DNA from: Mobula hypostoma
Lineage: Eukaryota
DNA: 64,000 bases
Assembly: GCF_963921235.1 (NCBI RefSeq)
Contig: NC_086108.1
Span: forward strand, 75,394,001-75,458,000
Direction of reading: 5' to 3'
The position numbers were made by a program, and so were the translations under genes. Of this stretch, positions 50,118 through 63,176 are shown one piece after another. Below the pieces are notes generated by a model. The model saw nothing but the letters and a program-made list of their open reading frames with translations. It was not told where the DNA came from and did not search any database. Numbering within the stretch: position 1 is the first letter of the stretch; each line of letters opens with the position of its first letter.

Positions 50118-51274
50118 CAGTGGTCCCCAACCACTGGGCCACGGACTGGTACCGGGCCGCAAAGCATGAGCTACCGGGCTGCGAGGAAACCTTTCCTCAT
50201 TCCCTGTCACGCCCACTGTTGAGTCATTACGTATGCAAGGTCATTACCCGTGCGTCATCCATGTCAGCGCTGGAAGGAGATCAACTTCTCGAGCTTGCAA
50301 ATGACGGCGGGCTGAAAAGTATGTTTGACAGAACATCTCTGCCGGCATTTTGAATCAAAGTCAAGGCTAAATATCCTGAGATAGCCACGAAAGCACTGAA
50401 AACGCTGCTTCCATTTCCAACATATCTCTGCAATGAATGCAACGAAAACTACATTGCGGAATAGACTGGACATAAGGAACCCCCTTCGAGTATTGCTGTC
50501 TCCCATCACCCCTCGATGGCACCATCTTGTTGCAGGGAAACAAGCCCAGGGCTCCCACTGATTCAGCGATATTGGTGTGTTGCAATGATTTTATATGTTC
50601 ATACGGGGAAAATATGTGCTGTGTGTTTAATATCCAAACGTTACTTAAAATGTTATGATGCTATTGACTTATAAGTGACATACTCTATAACCATGTAACC
50701 ATCTCTGTCCTGCTAGTCCGTGCCGAACGCTACTCTCACTTAGTCCCACCGACCTGCACTCAGCCCATAACCCTCCATTCCTTTCCTGTCCATACACCTA
50801 TCCAATTTTTCTTTAAATGATAATATCGAACCTGCCTCTACCACTTCTACTGGAAGTTCGTTCAACACTTACTTCAAGCTCCCCTATCCTCCCCAATAAT
50901 TGACTTATCACTGTATTCATGCGAGGAAAATATGCGCTCTGTGTTTAATATTAAATAAATCCTTTTAGAAACGAAATTGAGTGTATTAGCCACTTATCAC
51001 CTATATTCCGGTCGTGATTAATAACCCCCCCCCCGAACAGAATCGCCAAAAACGATTTGTAGAAAAAAATCGGCACGTACATGCATGCGCACTGGTGCCC
51101 GTGCAAGACTTCGTGGTCATGGTAGTCTTTCTTGGGGTAAACACAAGGTATTTGACTGCTACTCTTGTCCGTTGGCAACCCTACCCCCCACCCCCCCCCC
51201 CCGGGTCGACCGGTCCGCAAGAATATTGTCAATATTAAACCGGTCCATAGTGCAAAAAAGGTTGGGGACTCCTG
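50118..51274 (+). mobile_element. Non-autonomous hAT (Charlie-like) element with transposase C-terminus and internal CR1 tail
   Basis: TIRs CAGTGGTCCCCAACC / GGTTGGGGACTCCTG; perfect 8-bp TSD ATGTAAGA; YPEIATKALKTLLPFPT..RNRLD..KQAQGSH*. Confidence 0.93.
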
Positions 51275-51329
51275 ATGTAAGAGATACAGATGGAAGTATT
51301 GTCAGCGTGAGAAGCAAAATCTATTTAAG

Positions 51330-52480
51330 TTTGACACAGCTGAAAGAGAAGTGGCAGTGAATTCAATGGTATTTTTTTTAATTGTGGCTGTTGAAATCTC
51401 AAATAAAAAGGTAGAAGTTCTTGATCCATGACTTTTCTTAGACATAAGTAATATGGATGACTTTCTTTGTTGTCTGTATAATTCCCTCCACATCACCATT
51501 GGTGCATGACCAGCAAAGTGTTGTTTTTTTGATGTGTAAAACCGAAGTAGGTTGCAAACTTCCTGAGGTCATTACTGTAGAATAGGAGTCTGATATCCTT
51601 TCTGAAAGGAATATGAAGTGGTGTGAAGTTTGCTTTCATGGATATAAAACTAACTGAATTTTAATAAAGGGGAAATCTACTACATTTGACAATTACAAAC
51701 AAGAGGTCCACGTATAATGCAAAAGCAACAAAATTAATACTCGCGTCAATATTCATGACCTTCTACAGATGCACAGCTGTGAGCATCCCAGCATGTTGCC
51801 TCAGTGTGCGGTAAGGACACTACAGTGCAGGAGATAGGAGGGCTCTACAACAGGCAGTTAAAACTGCCCAACCCATCACTGGCATCAGCCAACTCACCAG
51901 CAAGGACATACATATGTACAGAAAGGTGCCGGAAAAAGACCAGCAAAATCATGAAGAATCCCACCCACCCTGCTCATGGACTGTTTGTCCCATTTCCATC
52001 AGGGAAGAGGGTATGCAGCACCCACAACCGAACAACATGATTCAAATGCAGTTACTTCACCCAAGCTGTCTGTCCATCCAACACCTCCACACATTAACTC
52101 ACACCACCCACCCCCCTTGTACATTGTGCTTTATATAATTGCTTTTATATTTATATTTATTGTGCTTTTAAGCTTATTGTGTTTTTATGCTGCATCGGAT
52201 CAAGAGTAACAATCGTTTTGTTCTCCTCTACACTCGTACCAAAGAATGACAATGAACAATCTTGAATCTTGCATCTTGAGTATGAAAGTTAACCCATAAA
52301 CCTTTGCATCAATTCTGGCATTGACAAATTTGGCATTGTGATTATTGATATGCCAGACATTTGTCTTCAACCAAACAATCAGTTCCCGGGAGCCATATCT
52401 TTTCCCTTAACATTTGTTTTGTTTTCGTGATTCCTTGATGACCTTCATGAACAGTATCTCTCAGGCATTCCATTATTGAC
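51330..52480 (-). pseudogene. Ancient Gypsy integrase remnant split by a Rex1 fragment
   Basis: HEGHQGITKTKQMLREKIWLPG; FVIVKCSRFP; FATYFGFTHQK; TNGDVEGIIQTTKK. Confidence 0.65.
51740..52278 (+). mobile_element. Rex1/Babar 3' fragment
   Basis: ERCRKKTSKIMKNPTHPAHGLFVPFPSGKR; (AATCTTG)n tail. Confidence 0.8.
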
Positions 52481-53289
52481 TATAATGTCATGATCCACAA
52501 TGAAAACATTTAAATTTCCTACTCTCCAATAGTTAGTGTAAGACCATGGTAAAAAATGTAGAAGTTAACATAGGTCCCTGAGTTAATTGGTGATCTGGTC
52601 AACTGATGAGCCAGCTTGTTCTTCTCTGGCCATATCTTAAACATTCTGACTAATCTGGTACAAAACTCAAGACCAGTGCAAATAATGTCCGTATTGCATC
52701 AAAATCTTCAATGTGCTTTGATAATTTCTGAAGATTTGGGTATCCTGAGTGATGAACAGTTGAGCTTTTCATATGATTTACAAAATTTTCACATAGCATT
52801 TTGTGTGGGTAGGTACCATCACAATCATAGCATGCTTGTGAACATGTTATCTCACCGATGCTGGTAGTTGTTCACTGTTGAGGAGTTCAGCAAAACATTT
52901 GCCCCTCATGCTCATTTGTACAGGACTTATACAGGATATCACATAATTATAGGCACATATCATTGATTGCACTAGAGTAGGTTACTTTATGATGAGTTTG
53001 TTAGGCCAAGCATGAACAAGACCCTATAAGATTTCAAATGTACAAGATGAGAATTTGCAGAAATTAGAGGCTTCCTCACTTACGATGAAACTATTATTAG
53101 GAAAGAGTAGACATCTCAAAAGGGAAATTTACATCGATTAATGATGGTACAGAGCAAACTAACTACACTGTTCATATTGAATGAGGAAACCACCAAACAG
53201 ATAGAATTTGTTAAAATGGAAATGCTAGTTGTATATATTTTTGTTGTAGTTTTGGACTTTTTTGATTCAAGATGCTTTGCTCATTTTAA

Positions 53290-53535
53290 TTTACTTTTTA
53301 TTTTATTTAATGACACAACACAGTAACAGGCCATTGTGATCCAATGAGCACACACTACACTTGTGTGGTCAATTGTCCTGCTAAACCATTGATCTTTAGA
53401 ATGTGGGAGGAAACCGGGTCACCTGGAGGAAACCCACGTGGTCACGGGGAGAATGTATAAACAGAGCGGGAATTGATGCTGGGTCTCTGGTACTGTAATA
53501 GCATTACACTGAATGCTACACTACTGTGCTGTCAC
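53290..53535 (-). mobile_element. V-SINE (HE1-like)
   Basis: GTGGGAGGAAACCGGGTCACCTGGAGGAAACCCAC. Confidence 0.7.
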
Positions 53536-53579
53536 AATTAGAAAGAAATGTGGCCATCCTTGATTCATAAGGATTGAAA

Positions 53580-54165
53580 AGCTACTAATGCAGAAAATCT
53601 GAAAAAAAAACCAAAAAAAAAATTGCTAGAAACACACAGCAAATCAGGCAGCATCTGTGGGAAGACATACAAAGTTATTGTGTAAGGTTTCAGATTGAAG
53701 ATAATCTATCAGAGCTGGGAAAGAGAGAAAAGAATCTGCTTTCAACTGGCAGGGAGGGACAAATAAGACAAAAGTGCTGTCTTTGAAAGGAAGCTTCCAG
53801 GGCTGCCATTGGGAATAAATAATGGTGGGGCTCTGGTCGAATGGGTGAGCAGGGGACAGTTAAGAGGGTAGTAATACAAACAAAAAGCATAATATGATAC
53901 AAATAACATGGCTATAGGGTGTCCCTCACAGATCGGGCTGTGCTAATGAAGAGAGAAAAACTGGGCCAATATCACAATTGGATGACCAATTGCAGCAATG
54001 ACCAGTTATGATACAGATAGAGAAAGTAAGTAACCTGAAAAATAAACAGAAAGCTTAAAGTGCCGGAAAACTGAAAGAAGTTACCTGAAGTTGGTGGAAT
54101 CAATACTGAATCCAGGAGGCTACAACATACCCAGATGGAAGATCAGATGCTATTCCTGTAGCTTA
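53580..54165 (-). mobile_element. Old Penelope-like element 3' fragment
   Basis: pLTR-like CAGGCAGCATCTGTGG; GIY-YIG end KLQE*HLIFHLGML*PPG on minus strand. Confidence 0.55.
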
Positions 54166-54171
54166 GATCAA

Positions 54172-56950
54172 AGAACATAAAAACATAAGAAATAGGAGCA
54201 GGAGTAGGCCGTCTGGCCTGTCAAGCCTGCTCCGCCATTCAATCAGATCATGGCTGATGTGATCATGGATTTATCTCCACCTACCTGCCTTTTCCCCATA
54301 ACCTTTAATTCCCTTACTATGCAAAAATCTACCCAATCTAGTCTTAAATATATTTACTGAGGCAGCTTCCACTGCTTCATTGGGAAGAGAATTCCACAGA
54401 TTCACCATTCTCTGAGAAAAGCAGTTTCTCCTCATCTCTGTCCTAAATCTACTCCCCCGAATCTTGACATTATGTCCCTTAATTCTAGTCTCACCTACCA
54501 GTGGAAACAACTTTTCTGCCTCTATCTTATCTATCCCTTTCATAATTTTATATTTTTCTATAAGATCACCTCTCATTCTTTTGTTTTCCAGCGAGCACAG
54601 TCCCAGGTGACTCAATCTCTCCTCATAGTCTAACCCCCTCATCTCTGGAATCAACCCGGTGAACCTCCTCTGCACTGCATCCAAAGCCAGTATATCCTTC
54701 CTCAAGTAAGGAGACCAGAACTGCACGCAGTACTCCAGGTACGGTCTCACCAGTACCCTGTACAGTTGCAGCATAACTGTCTGCTCTTAAATTCAATCCC
54801 TCTGGCAATGAAGGCCAACATTCCATTTGCCTTCGTGACAGCCTGCTGCAACTGCAAACCAACCTTTTGTGATTCATGCACAAGCCCTCCCAAGTCCTTC
54901 TGCACAGCAGCATGCTGCAATGTTTTACCAGTTAAATAATAATCTACTCTTCCAGTTTTCCTTAGAAAGTGGATGAACTCACATTTACCAACATTGTCCG
55001 CCATCTGCCAGACCCTTGCCCACTCATTTAAACTATCTATATCTCTCTGCAGACTCTCCGTATCTTCTGCACAATTTGCTTTTCCACTCAGTATCATCAG
55101 AAAACTTAAATACACAACACTCGGTCCCCTCTTCCAGATCGTTAATATATATCGTGAACAGTTGTGGACCCAGCATTGACCCCTGTGGCACACCGCTCAC
55201 CATTGATTGCCAGCCAGAGTAACACCCATGTATCCCAACTCTCTGCTTTCTGTGATCTAGAAATCTGAATCCCTGCCCCTGCTCCAATCCCTCAGCACAC
55301 ATTTATCCTCCACATCACTCTTCCTATACTCACTGTCATGTGGGACAGGCAGTAATCCCAAGATTACTACCTTTGAGGTCCTGCTTCTCAACTTCCTTCC
55401 TAACTCCCTGCAGTCTATTTTCAGAACCTCCTCCCTTTTCCTATCTATGTCGTTGGTACCAATATGTACCACAACCTCTGGCTGTTCTCCTTCCCACTTC
55501 AAGATATCGTGGACGTGATCAGAAACATCTCGGACCCTGGTACCTGGGAGGCAAACTACCGTCCACGTTTCTTTCCTGCATCCACAGAGTTCTGGTAATT
55601 CATCACCAAAGCCTCTACTATAACTTCCGCCATTTCTTTCAGTACCCTGGGATGCATTCCATCAGGGCCAGAGGACTTATCCATCTTCAGGCCCACAAGT
55701 TTGCTCAGCACTACCTCTTTAGCTATTGTTTTGAGGTCCTCACCTCCCATCACATCTATAACATCTCTCTTTGGCATGTTAGACATGTCCTCCACTGTGA
55801 GACTGACACAGAATATTAGACCATAAGACAAAGGAGCAGAAGTCGGCCATTTGGCCCATTCAAAGCCTCTGCCATTTCCTCATTACCCAACATCAATTCC
55901 TCCTTCTTATCATCCAAGGGCCCTACATTCACTTTGGCCACCCTTTTCCACTTTATATAATTACAAAAACATTTACTATCCATTTTTATATCTTGTGCTA
56001 GTTTATTTCCAAAATCTATCTTCCCTTTCTTTATTGCTTGCTTAGTGGTTCTTTGTTACTTTCTAAAGTTTTCCCAATCTTCCAGTTTCCCACTACTCAT
56101 GGCGACTTTGTATACACAAGCTTTTAATTTGTTTTCTTTTATTTCCTTAGTTATCCAATGTTGGCTCTCCCCACCCTTACTGCCCTTGTTTCTAACTGGA
56201 ATATACTTTTGTTGAGCACCATGAGAAATCCTCTTGAAAGTCTTCCACTGCTCCTCAACTGTCCCACCTGTGTTCCCAATCTACACTTACCAAATCCTCC
56301 CTCATCCCATTGTAGTCTCCATTGTTTAGGCATAATACTTTGGTTTTAGATCAAACTATTGCACCCTCTATTTTGTATGAAAAACTCAATCGTACTGTGA
56401 TCACTCTTTTCATGAGGATCCCTAACTACAAGATCACTAATTTTACCTGTCTCATTGGACAGGACCAGATCTAAGATAACACATTCCCTTGTAGGTTCAC
56501 TAACATGCTGTTCAAGAAAGCCATCATGGATGCATTCTATGAAGTCCTCCTCAAGACTGCCTCAATTTGATTCACCCAATCTATGTGCAAGTTAAAGTCC
56601 CCCCATGACAACTGCTGATCTATTCTCACATGCCTCAGATATTTCTCTGTTTATTGCCTGTGTCACCGTAACGTTATTATTCAGTGGCCAATAGACAACT
56701 CACACAAGTGATTATTTCCCTTTACTATGCCTAATCTCTACCCAGATGGATTCAACATTCTGCTCCTTAGATCTTATATCGTCTCTCACTATCATGCTAC
56801 CTCACCTCCCTTACCTTCCAGCCTTTCCTTCCATATTACCTGATATCCTTGGATATTTAATTCCCGATTCTCTCCCCCCTGCGACCACGTCTCCGTAATG
56901 GCCACTAAATCATACCTCTTTGTACTGATTTGTGCCACAAGTTCACTGAA
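54172..56950 (-). mobile_element. Rearranged CR1 LINE (EN - linker - ORF1 esterase piece - RT C-half)
   Basis: VAITETW (EN), KSSGPDGMHPRVLKE, VVHIGTND (SGNH esterase), SGVPQGSMLGP, KFSDD, LYRVLVRPYLEYCVQFWSP; (CATAAGAA)-type tail. Confidence 0.9.
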
Positions 56951-58569
56951 CATAGAACATAGAACAGTACTGCACAGCAACAAAGTTGTGCTGAACCAGT
57001 GACATTAGTATCAAGTGGCCCATTAAACCAATCTCTTCTGCCGACACAATGTCCACATCGTTCCATTTTCCTCACATCCATGTGCTTATCTAAACGTTCC
57101 TTAAAAGTCCCTAATGTATCTGCCTCTCCACCTCTCCAAGCAGCACACTTCTGGTAACTACCACCCCCTGTGTAAAATAATTGCCCCTTACATCTCCTTT
57201 AAAATTACCCCCCCCCCACACACACACACACACCTTAAATACATCCCCTCTGATTTGGTGGTACTTAGCAAATAACAACAGTAGTTTGTAGGAAGCAGCA
57301 GACGGACTGGATAGAGTGGGAGTGGGCTGGGTAATTATAGTGACTGACAGCTCGTAGTCACCATTACTAAATGAACACAGGTACTCTGCGAATCATTCAC
57401 CCTTTGGAGAAGAGCACGGTGAATGCTGCTGTATTGTAAGTGATGTTTGTGTCTGATGGCTCCAGACATTGAATGGCGCTGCCATCATAGTCTGAAACAT
57501 GAAGTCTGTTTCTCTGCCCATAGATGCTACCTGACCCACTGAATACTTGCAGCGCTCCTGCTTCATGTAAAGTTCTTTCCTGACAATTATTGTTATTTAT
57601 TCTGGAACTGAAGCCATATGGGATTTACTAGCATATGTTGTTAAAATGGATAGATACTAAATCTCTTTTGCAAGATTTGGGCAGTGCTGGGAAGGTAATG
57701 TTATATCTTAACGCCAATTATCCCAAGGCAATTGAAAGGAGCATCTTGCTGATTCAGAAGACATTTAAATGTACTACTCAATGTGGCCTTGTTATTTCTG
57801 GAGCAGGCAGTACTGCTGGTCATGTCTTTGTCTGAGTGCCAGCTCGCAAATTACTGGACTTCATGCATTCATGTTCACAAAATACCACAATGGAATTAGA
57901 CCTCTGGATTTCAAGTCTATAAAATCTCATGATGAATGGATATTTTAAAGCTTTGTTGGTTGCGACTTTTATTTTCAAATCAAATTATGCTGAAAGATTT
58001 AGCATTTTTTAAGTAAACAGCCAACTGCTCATGATGAAATCTATGTGTGCAGAACAGGAATGTTTTACTAATACAAGGCGGCCTCAGTCACCTATCCAGA
58101 CTGTCCTCTGCCCCTCAGTCTGCCTATTCGACTGAACAAAATCCCTTAAAGTGTATTTAGCTTGTTTCTAACATTTAATTTCAATAATGTTGCTGCGCTA
58201 CACTGAACAGGTTGCACCTGGACTTATTAATGCTGACCATTTTCAATGCAATGACTTTTGGCAGTTTAAATCCATTGTTAATATAAACATGCCTCGTTGA
58301 GTATTTGTATCATACCAAATATTTGGGAAAGTTCAAAACCCAGATGAAATAGATCTCAATCTGTCTTTTCTAGACAATATAAAACTGGAAATGTTGATGC
58401 AACTAATTATCTATGTGTAAATGAAAATTAATTTGAAAAGTAATTTCTAGACTATATTTGGATAATTGTAGTGGATTAACAAATTGCCATAATTATTTTT
58501 GTTTCATGTAGATTTTGACCCTCTTAGCCAGACACACAAATTCAATAAGAGCTTGAACAAGAATATCTT

Positions 58570-59931
58570 AGCCTGAAACTTCACCAATATATTTATGTAT
58601 CAGAATCCAAAATTATTTAATTCTAGGACAGGACCAGAGCACATGTACTAAGTCCCCTCTATCTACCTCACATTGCCAGCATTCAGGGGTGTTTTTCAAC
58701 CCTAAACTATGTAACCTTGCTGGAGCCCAATAGAAATGGTGTAGGATCTTAAACTGAATAAGGCGCACCCTCAGGTCTCTTGACATCGTTTTGACACTTT
58801 TGCAAATTTTGTCCCATTCTTCTGTCTCAAAAGTCACACTCAGGTCTTTTTCCCATGCTCTTTTAAGACCCAACAGAAATTTGTCCCCAGAGATTTGTGT
58901 TAAAGCTGAATAATAAGTTGAGGCTTTGTGACCTTTACCATATGCAGCCAGTACAGTGGACAGTATCATTGCAACTTGTGGGGATTGCTGTGTAGAACCA
59001 AAAGTTGTATGTAGCAAATGATGCAGTTGAAGATATCTCCAAAATTATGACCTAGAGATATCATACTGTTGGGTTAATTGATTAAAGGATTTTAAACTAT
59101 CACCATTATAAAGGTCTCCCAATTTAATTATACCTTTCCCTTGCCATTCCCTCCAGAAGAAAGGGGACATCAATACACAACTTTGGATTCATCCAGATAC
59201 TCGAGGCTTCATTCAAATATGGATTAAATTTAAATAATCTGGCTAATTTATTCCAGAACAAATGCGTATGCGATATAATTGGGTGAGACCTTGCCTCAGG
59301 AGGTAATTGGATAGACAAACATTGTAATAGAGGAATGGGAGGAAGAGCAGAACACTCAATACGATACCAAGGAGGCGTTCTCTCCGGAGGGAGAGAACAA
59401 TGTGCTAAATGCTTAAGAATAAAAGCATATTAATAGTATATTAACTTTATATCCCCTTCTGCTCCAGACTTTTTGTCTTGGGAGACACAGGATAAACACT
59501 CTCAAAATTGGATTCAGACAAGTATAATGGTAGGAAGACAAATTATACGTAAAGGTTGGAGGAACTTGGGGGAACCATCATTTCAGAATGGGCCACAGAA
59601 ATAGCCAAAGTGGCAGCATTTGAACACATGTCTTACAAACAGTTTGATAGATTGAACATCTACACACAAAAATGGGGCAAATATTTAGGTTTCGGGGGGG
59701 GGCGGAGGAAATAGTGGTGAAACATATTGCTGAATGGCAGTCTTTTCTGTTATTAGAGGTCTAAATAGACACACATGGTTATTATATTGATATTTATTTC
59801 TGCAACATTTGTGTTTTATTTTATGGATAATTTTATGTTTTGTAAGCTATGATTTACATAATTCCAACATTGACTCAAGGGTTCGGGGAAAACCTCTAAA
59901 AGAATTCAATAAAATTTAAACCATAAAAAAG
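58570..59931. mobile_element. L1 LINE 3' portion with twin-priming inversion (58570-59449 minus, 59450-59931 plus)
   Basis: LIQFKILHHFY..CWQC..HVLWSCP (CCHC) on minus; IPFCSRL..IAKVAAFE..QKWGKY, AATAAA and A-tail on plus; TSD AGAATATCTT (58560-58569, 59932-59941). Confidence 0.88.
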
Positions 59932-60384
59932 AGAATATCTTTGCCTCTTCCAACTATCACTTCCCAGCTTCTTACTTCACCCACCCTCCCCCAACCACCC
60001 AAAACCCCCTTCACTCGGTCTCACCTATCACATGCCAGATTACACTCAGCTGAAAGAATATCCTTTCACTGTAACACAGACGTTCTCTTTGTTCTCTCCA
60101 GCTCCACCTCTCTGCAACTTAAAATCATGTTTGCTTTCTCACATGTCCAGTTCCAAAGAAGGGATATCAATCTGACTCTTTACAGAACCCGCCTGACCTG
60201 CTGACTATCGCCAACATTTTCTTCTCTAATTTAAGTGTTGCTTAGGAACATAATCGATCGGGTTATAGATCATTGGATATGGCAGCTTTCCTCCACCATT
60301 CAATATGATCTGTTTTGTACTCTGTTCCTGCCTTCTCCACTGATCCCTTGAAATGCATTTACCCTCCCCTGAATTTTTAAAATT

Positions 60385-60610
60385 ATTTTTATTTAGAAAT
60401 GCAGCTTAGTCCAATAAGCCCGAGCTGTCCAATTACATCCATGTGACCAATTAACCTATGAACAAGTATGCTGTTGGAATGTGGGAGGAAACCAGAGCAC
60501 CTGGAGGAAACCCACATGGTCACAGGTAGAAGTACAAACTCCTTATAGACTGTGGCAGAACTGAACCTGGGTCACCCATGCTGAGCACTAACTGCTATGT
60601 ACCATACTGC
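60385..60610 (-). mobile_element. V-SINE (HE1-like)
   Basis: GTGGGAGGAAACCAGAGCACCTGGAGGAAACCCAC. Confidence 0.7.
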
Positions 60611-61149
60611 TCTAAATGTTCAATGTTCACTGCCTTCTGTGATGGAGAATTCCACAGGTTCACCAGCCACAGGTTAAAGAATGTTCTTCTGATTTTGCTC
60701 CCAAATTGTATCCCCTGAATTTTGAGGCTTTGCCCTATTGTTCTAGATTGTATTGCCATTGGGAACATCATCTCTTCATTTAGTCTGTCTCTTCCTGGTA
60801 TAATATTATGAGTTTCTATGGGATCCTCTTTCATTCAGTGAATATATTACCAATATCCAAATCTCTCCTCTTACATTAATCCTATTATCCATGACTAGCA
60901 TAGGAAAACTTTGTTATACTCTATCCATTGCAAGAACACTTTTAAAAAGTGACTTGAAGGGGCTGGTGTTCCTATCCTCTGCCATTTAATCTTTGGGTGG
61001 TACGGTCACGGGTTTGAGGGTTGCCATGACAGAAATTTGGCTAAATTGCCTTTCAAATGGTGTACATATTTTTTTCTACAGAAATCCTCCCTGTTGAAAA
61101 TACCAAGAAGCAGTGGGAACATATCCATATGGGGACCGCAGTGAAAGAG

Positions 61150-61905
61150 ATTAGACTTGTCTTCATCAATTGAGTGTAAAACACAGAATATCGTGTTGCA
61201 GCTATACAAGGTGTTGGTTAGGCCATAGTTGGAGTACTGTGGCTGTTTGTAGTCACCACATTGCAGAAAGGATATGGAGTCCTTGGCATGTGTATAGAAG
61301 ATGTTCACCAAGAGTCTACCTAAAAGGAACCTGGTGGCAAATTTGGATCATTTTCTGCATGGTGTCAGAGTTTACGAGAAAATCTGATAGGAGTGTATAG
61401 AATGACGAGAGGCATAGACAGAGTAGATAGTTGTGAGCAACCAACAGGAATTCTGCAGATGCTAGAAATTCAAGCAACACACATCAAAGTTGCTGGTGAA
61501 CGCAGCAGGCCAGGCAGCATCTCTAGGAAGAGGTACAGTCAACGTCTCCGGCCGAAACCCTTCGTCAGGACACTTGTGAGGATAGTTGTGAGTCTTTTTT
61601 TCCCCAAGGGTGGAAAGGTCAAATGCAAGAGGATATACAGTAAGTTTAAGATGAGAGGAGGAAAATTTTAAGGAGGTTTGTGAGGCAATCTGGCAGTGTA
61701 TTCCAGTCAACTAGGGAGAGTAGTAGGGTGACTGGAACATGCTACCGGGTAGGAGCAGATTCATTAACAAATTTTAAGGAGAAAATGTCAGGGCATCAAA
61801 GGTTGCAGGAAGAAGGCAGAGAATGCTGTTGAGAGAGAGAATAAATTGGCCATGATGGAATGGTAGAGCAGACTGGATGGACCAGCTGTCTTAATTCTGC
61901 TCTTA
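61150..61905 (+). mobile_element. Old CR1 3' fragment containing a mini-PLE
   Basis: LQLYKVLVRP*LEYC; YRMTRGIDRVD. Confidence 0.75.
61438..61580 (-). mobile_element. Mini Penelope-like insertion (pLTR end only) with decayed hammerhead
   Basis: 12-bp TSD GATAGTTGTGAG (61426-61437, 61581-61592); PLE homology stops at ...TTCGTCAGGAC, followed by filler ACTTGTGAG. Confidence 0.88.
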
Positions 61906-61914
61906 TGGTAATGC

Positions 61915-62130
61915 TATTACAGCACCATCTACCCGTGTTCAGTTCTGCCGCTTTTTCTCCAGGGTTCGTATGTTCTTCCCATGACTGTGTGTGTTTCCTC
62001 TGGGTGCTCCGGTTTCTTCCCATTTCCCAAAGATGGACAGGTTAGTAGATGAATTAGTCACACGGGCAGCATGGGTTCATTAGGCTGGAAGGGCCTGTTA
62101 CTGTGCAGTGTCTCTTGTCTAAATAAAAAT
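61915..62130 (+). mobile_element. V-SINE (HE1-like)
   Basis: GTGTTTCCTCTGGGTGCTCCGGTTTCTTCCCA. Confidence 0.7.
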
Positions 62131-63176
62131 AACTTGTCCAAGCCCACCACTCTATTTGCAGCATGTCTGACACAGTTCTGAGTGTCAGACACGCTGCATT
62201 ATTGTCTGCCTTTTAATGCCAAAAAAAACATTTATAAGATATAAGATGTAGGAGCAGAATTTGGCCATTCAGCCCATTGAGTATGCTCCACCATTTGATC
62301 ATTACTGACTGGTTATAATTTCCTGTCTTTTGCTTCACTCCCTTCTTACAGAGTGGAGTGACATTTGTGATTTTCCAGTCCTATGGAATCATTCCAAAAT
62401 CTAGTGATTCTTGAAAGATCATTACTAATACCTCCACAATCTCTTCAGCTACCTCTTTCATAACCCTGGGGTGCAGTCCATCGAGTTCAGATGACTTATC
62501 TATAGAATTTGAAAGAAATATACTCCTCTTGATATGTAAAACATAATTGCACAATACTGCTTTAATATCTAGTGAAGCAGAGCAAATAGCCGTCCAGGTA
62601 AAATTGGGGTGCAATATGCCACAACGAATTCCTTTTACTGCAGAAATGGGGGGGAGGGGTGATTAAAATCAGAAGACCAAATAAGCTCTTGGATGATTGT
62701 ACATTCCCTGACACTGAACGACTGAGGTTCAACAGAGCACGTTCCTATTGCTCTTATGTTTCATCAGGATAAATCATAAATGGAAGTAATGGAGATTTTT
62801 TCCCAATAAAAATCGAATCTGGGCCAGGCAATGCAAGAATGAGACTGTGGGAAGTGATTTCAATGTAGAGCAAAGGGAAACAGGTCAAACTGGAGATTCA
62901 GATCAGATTTTTACTTTCAAGTCCATTGGAACAGATGTCGTTTGAAGATTTGAATAGGTTTTACACCTTTTGATTCATTCCAGCTGAAATATTTTATGGG
63001 AAATTTTAAAAAAATATTCATAGGCAGCAGAACTTAAAACAACTTTTCTACTTACAGTTAGATTTATTGTTCCATACCTATGGTATGCTTAGAGTCGTGA
63101 TGGTTCTACATTTGGTTTTCTAGTGCAGTAATTCTCAACCTTTTTCTGCCCATGGACCACTTGTGACTTTCATTTA

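Noticed and set aside
63125..63165. hAT-like TIR start CAGTAATTCTCAACCTTTTT
   Set aside because: No matching second TIR or TSD found within the window
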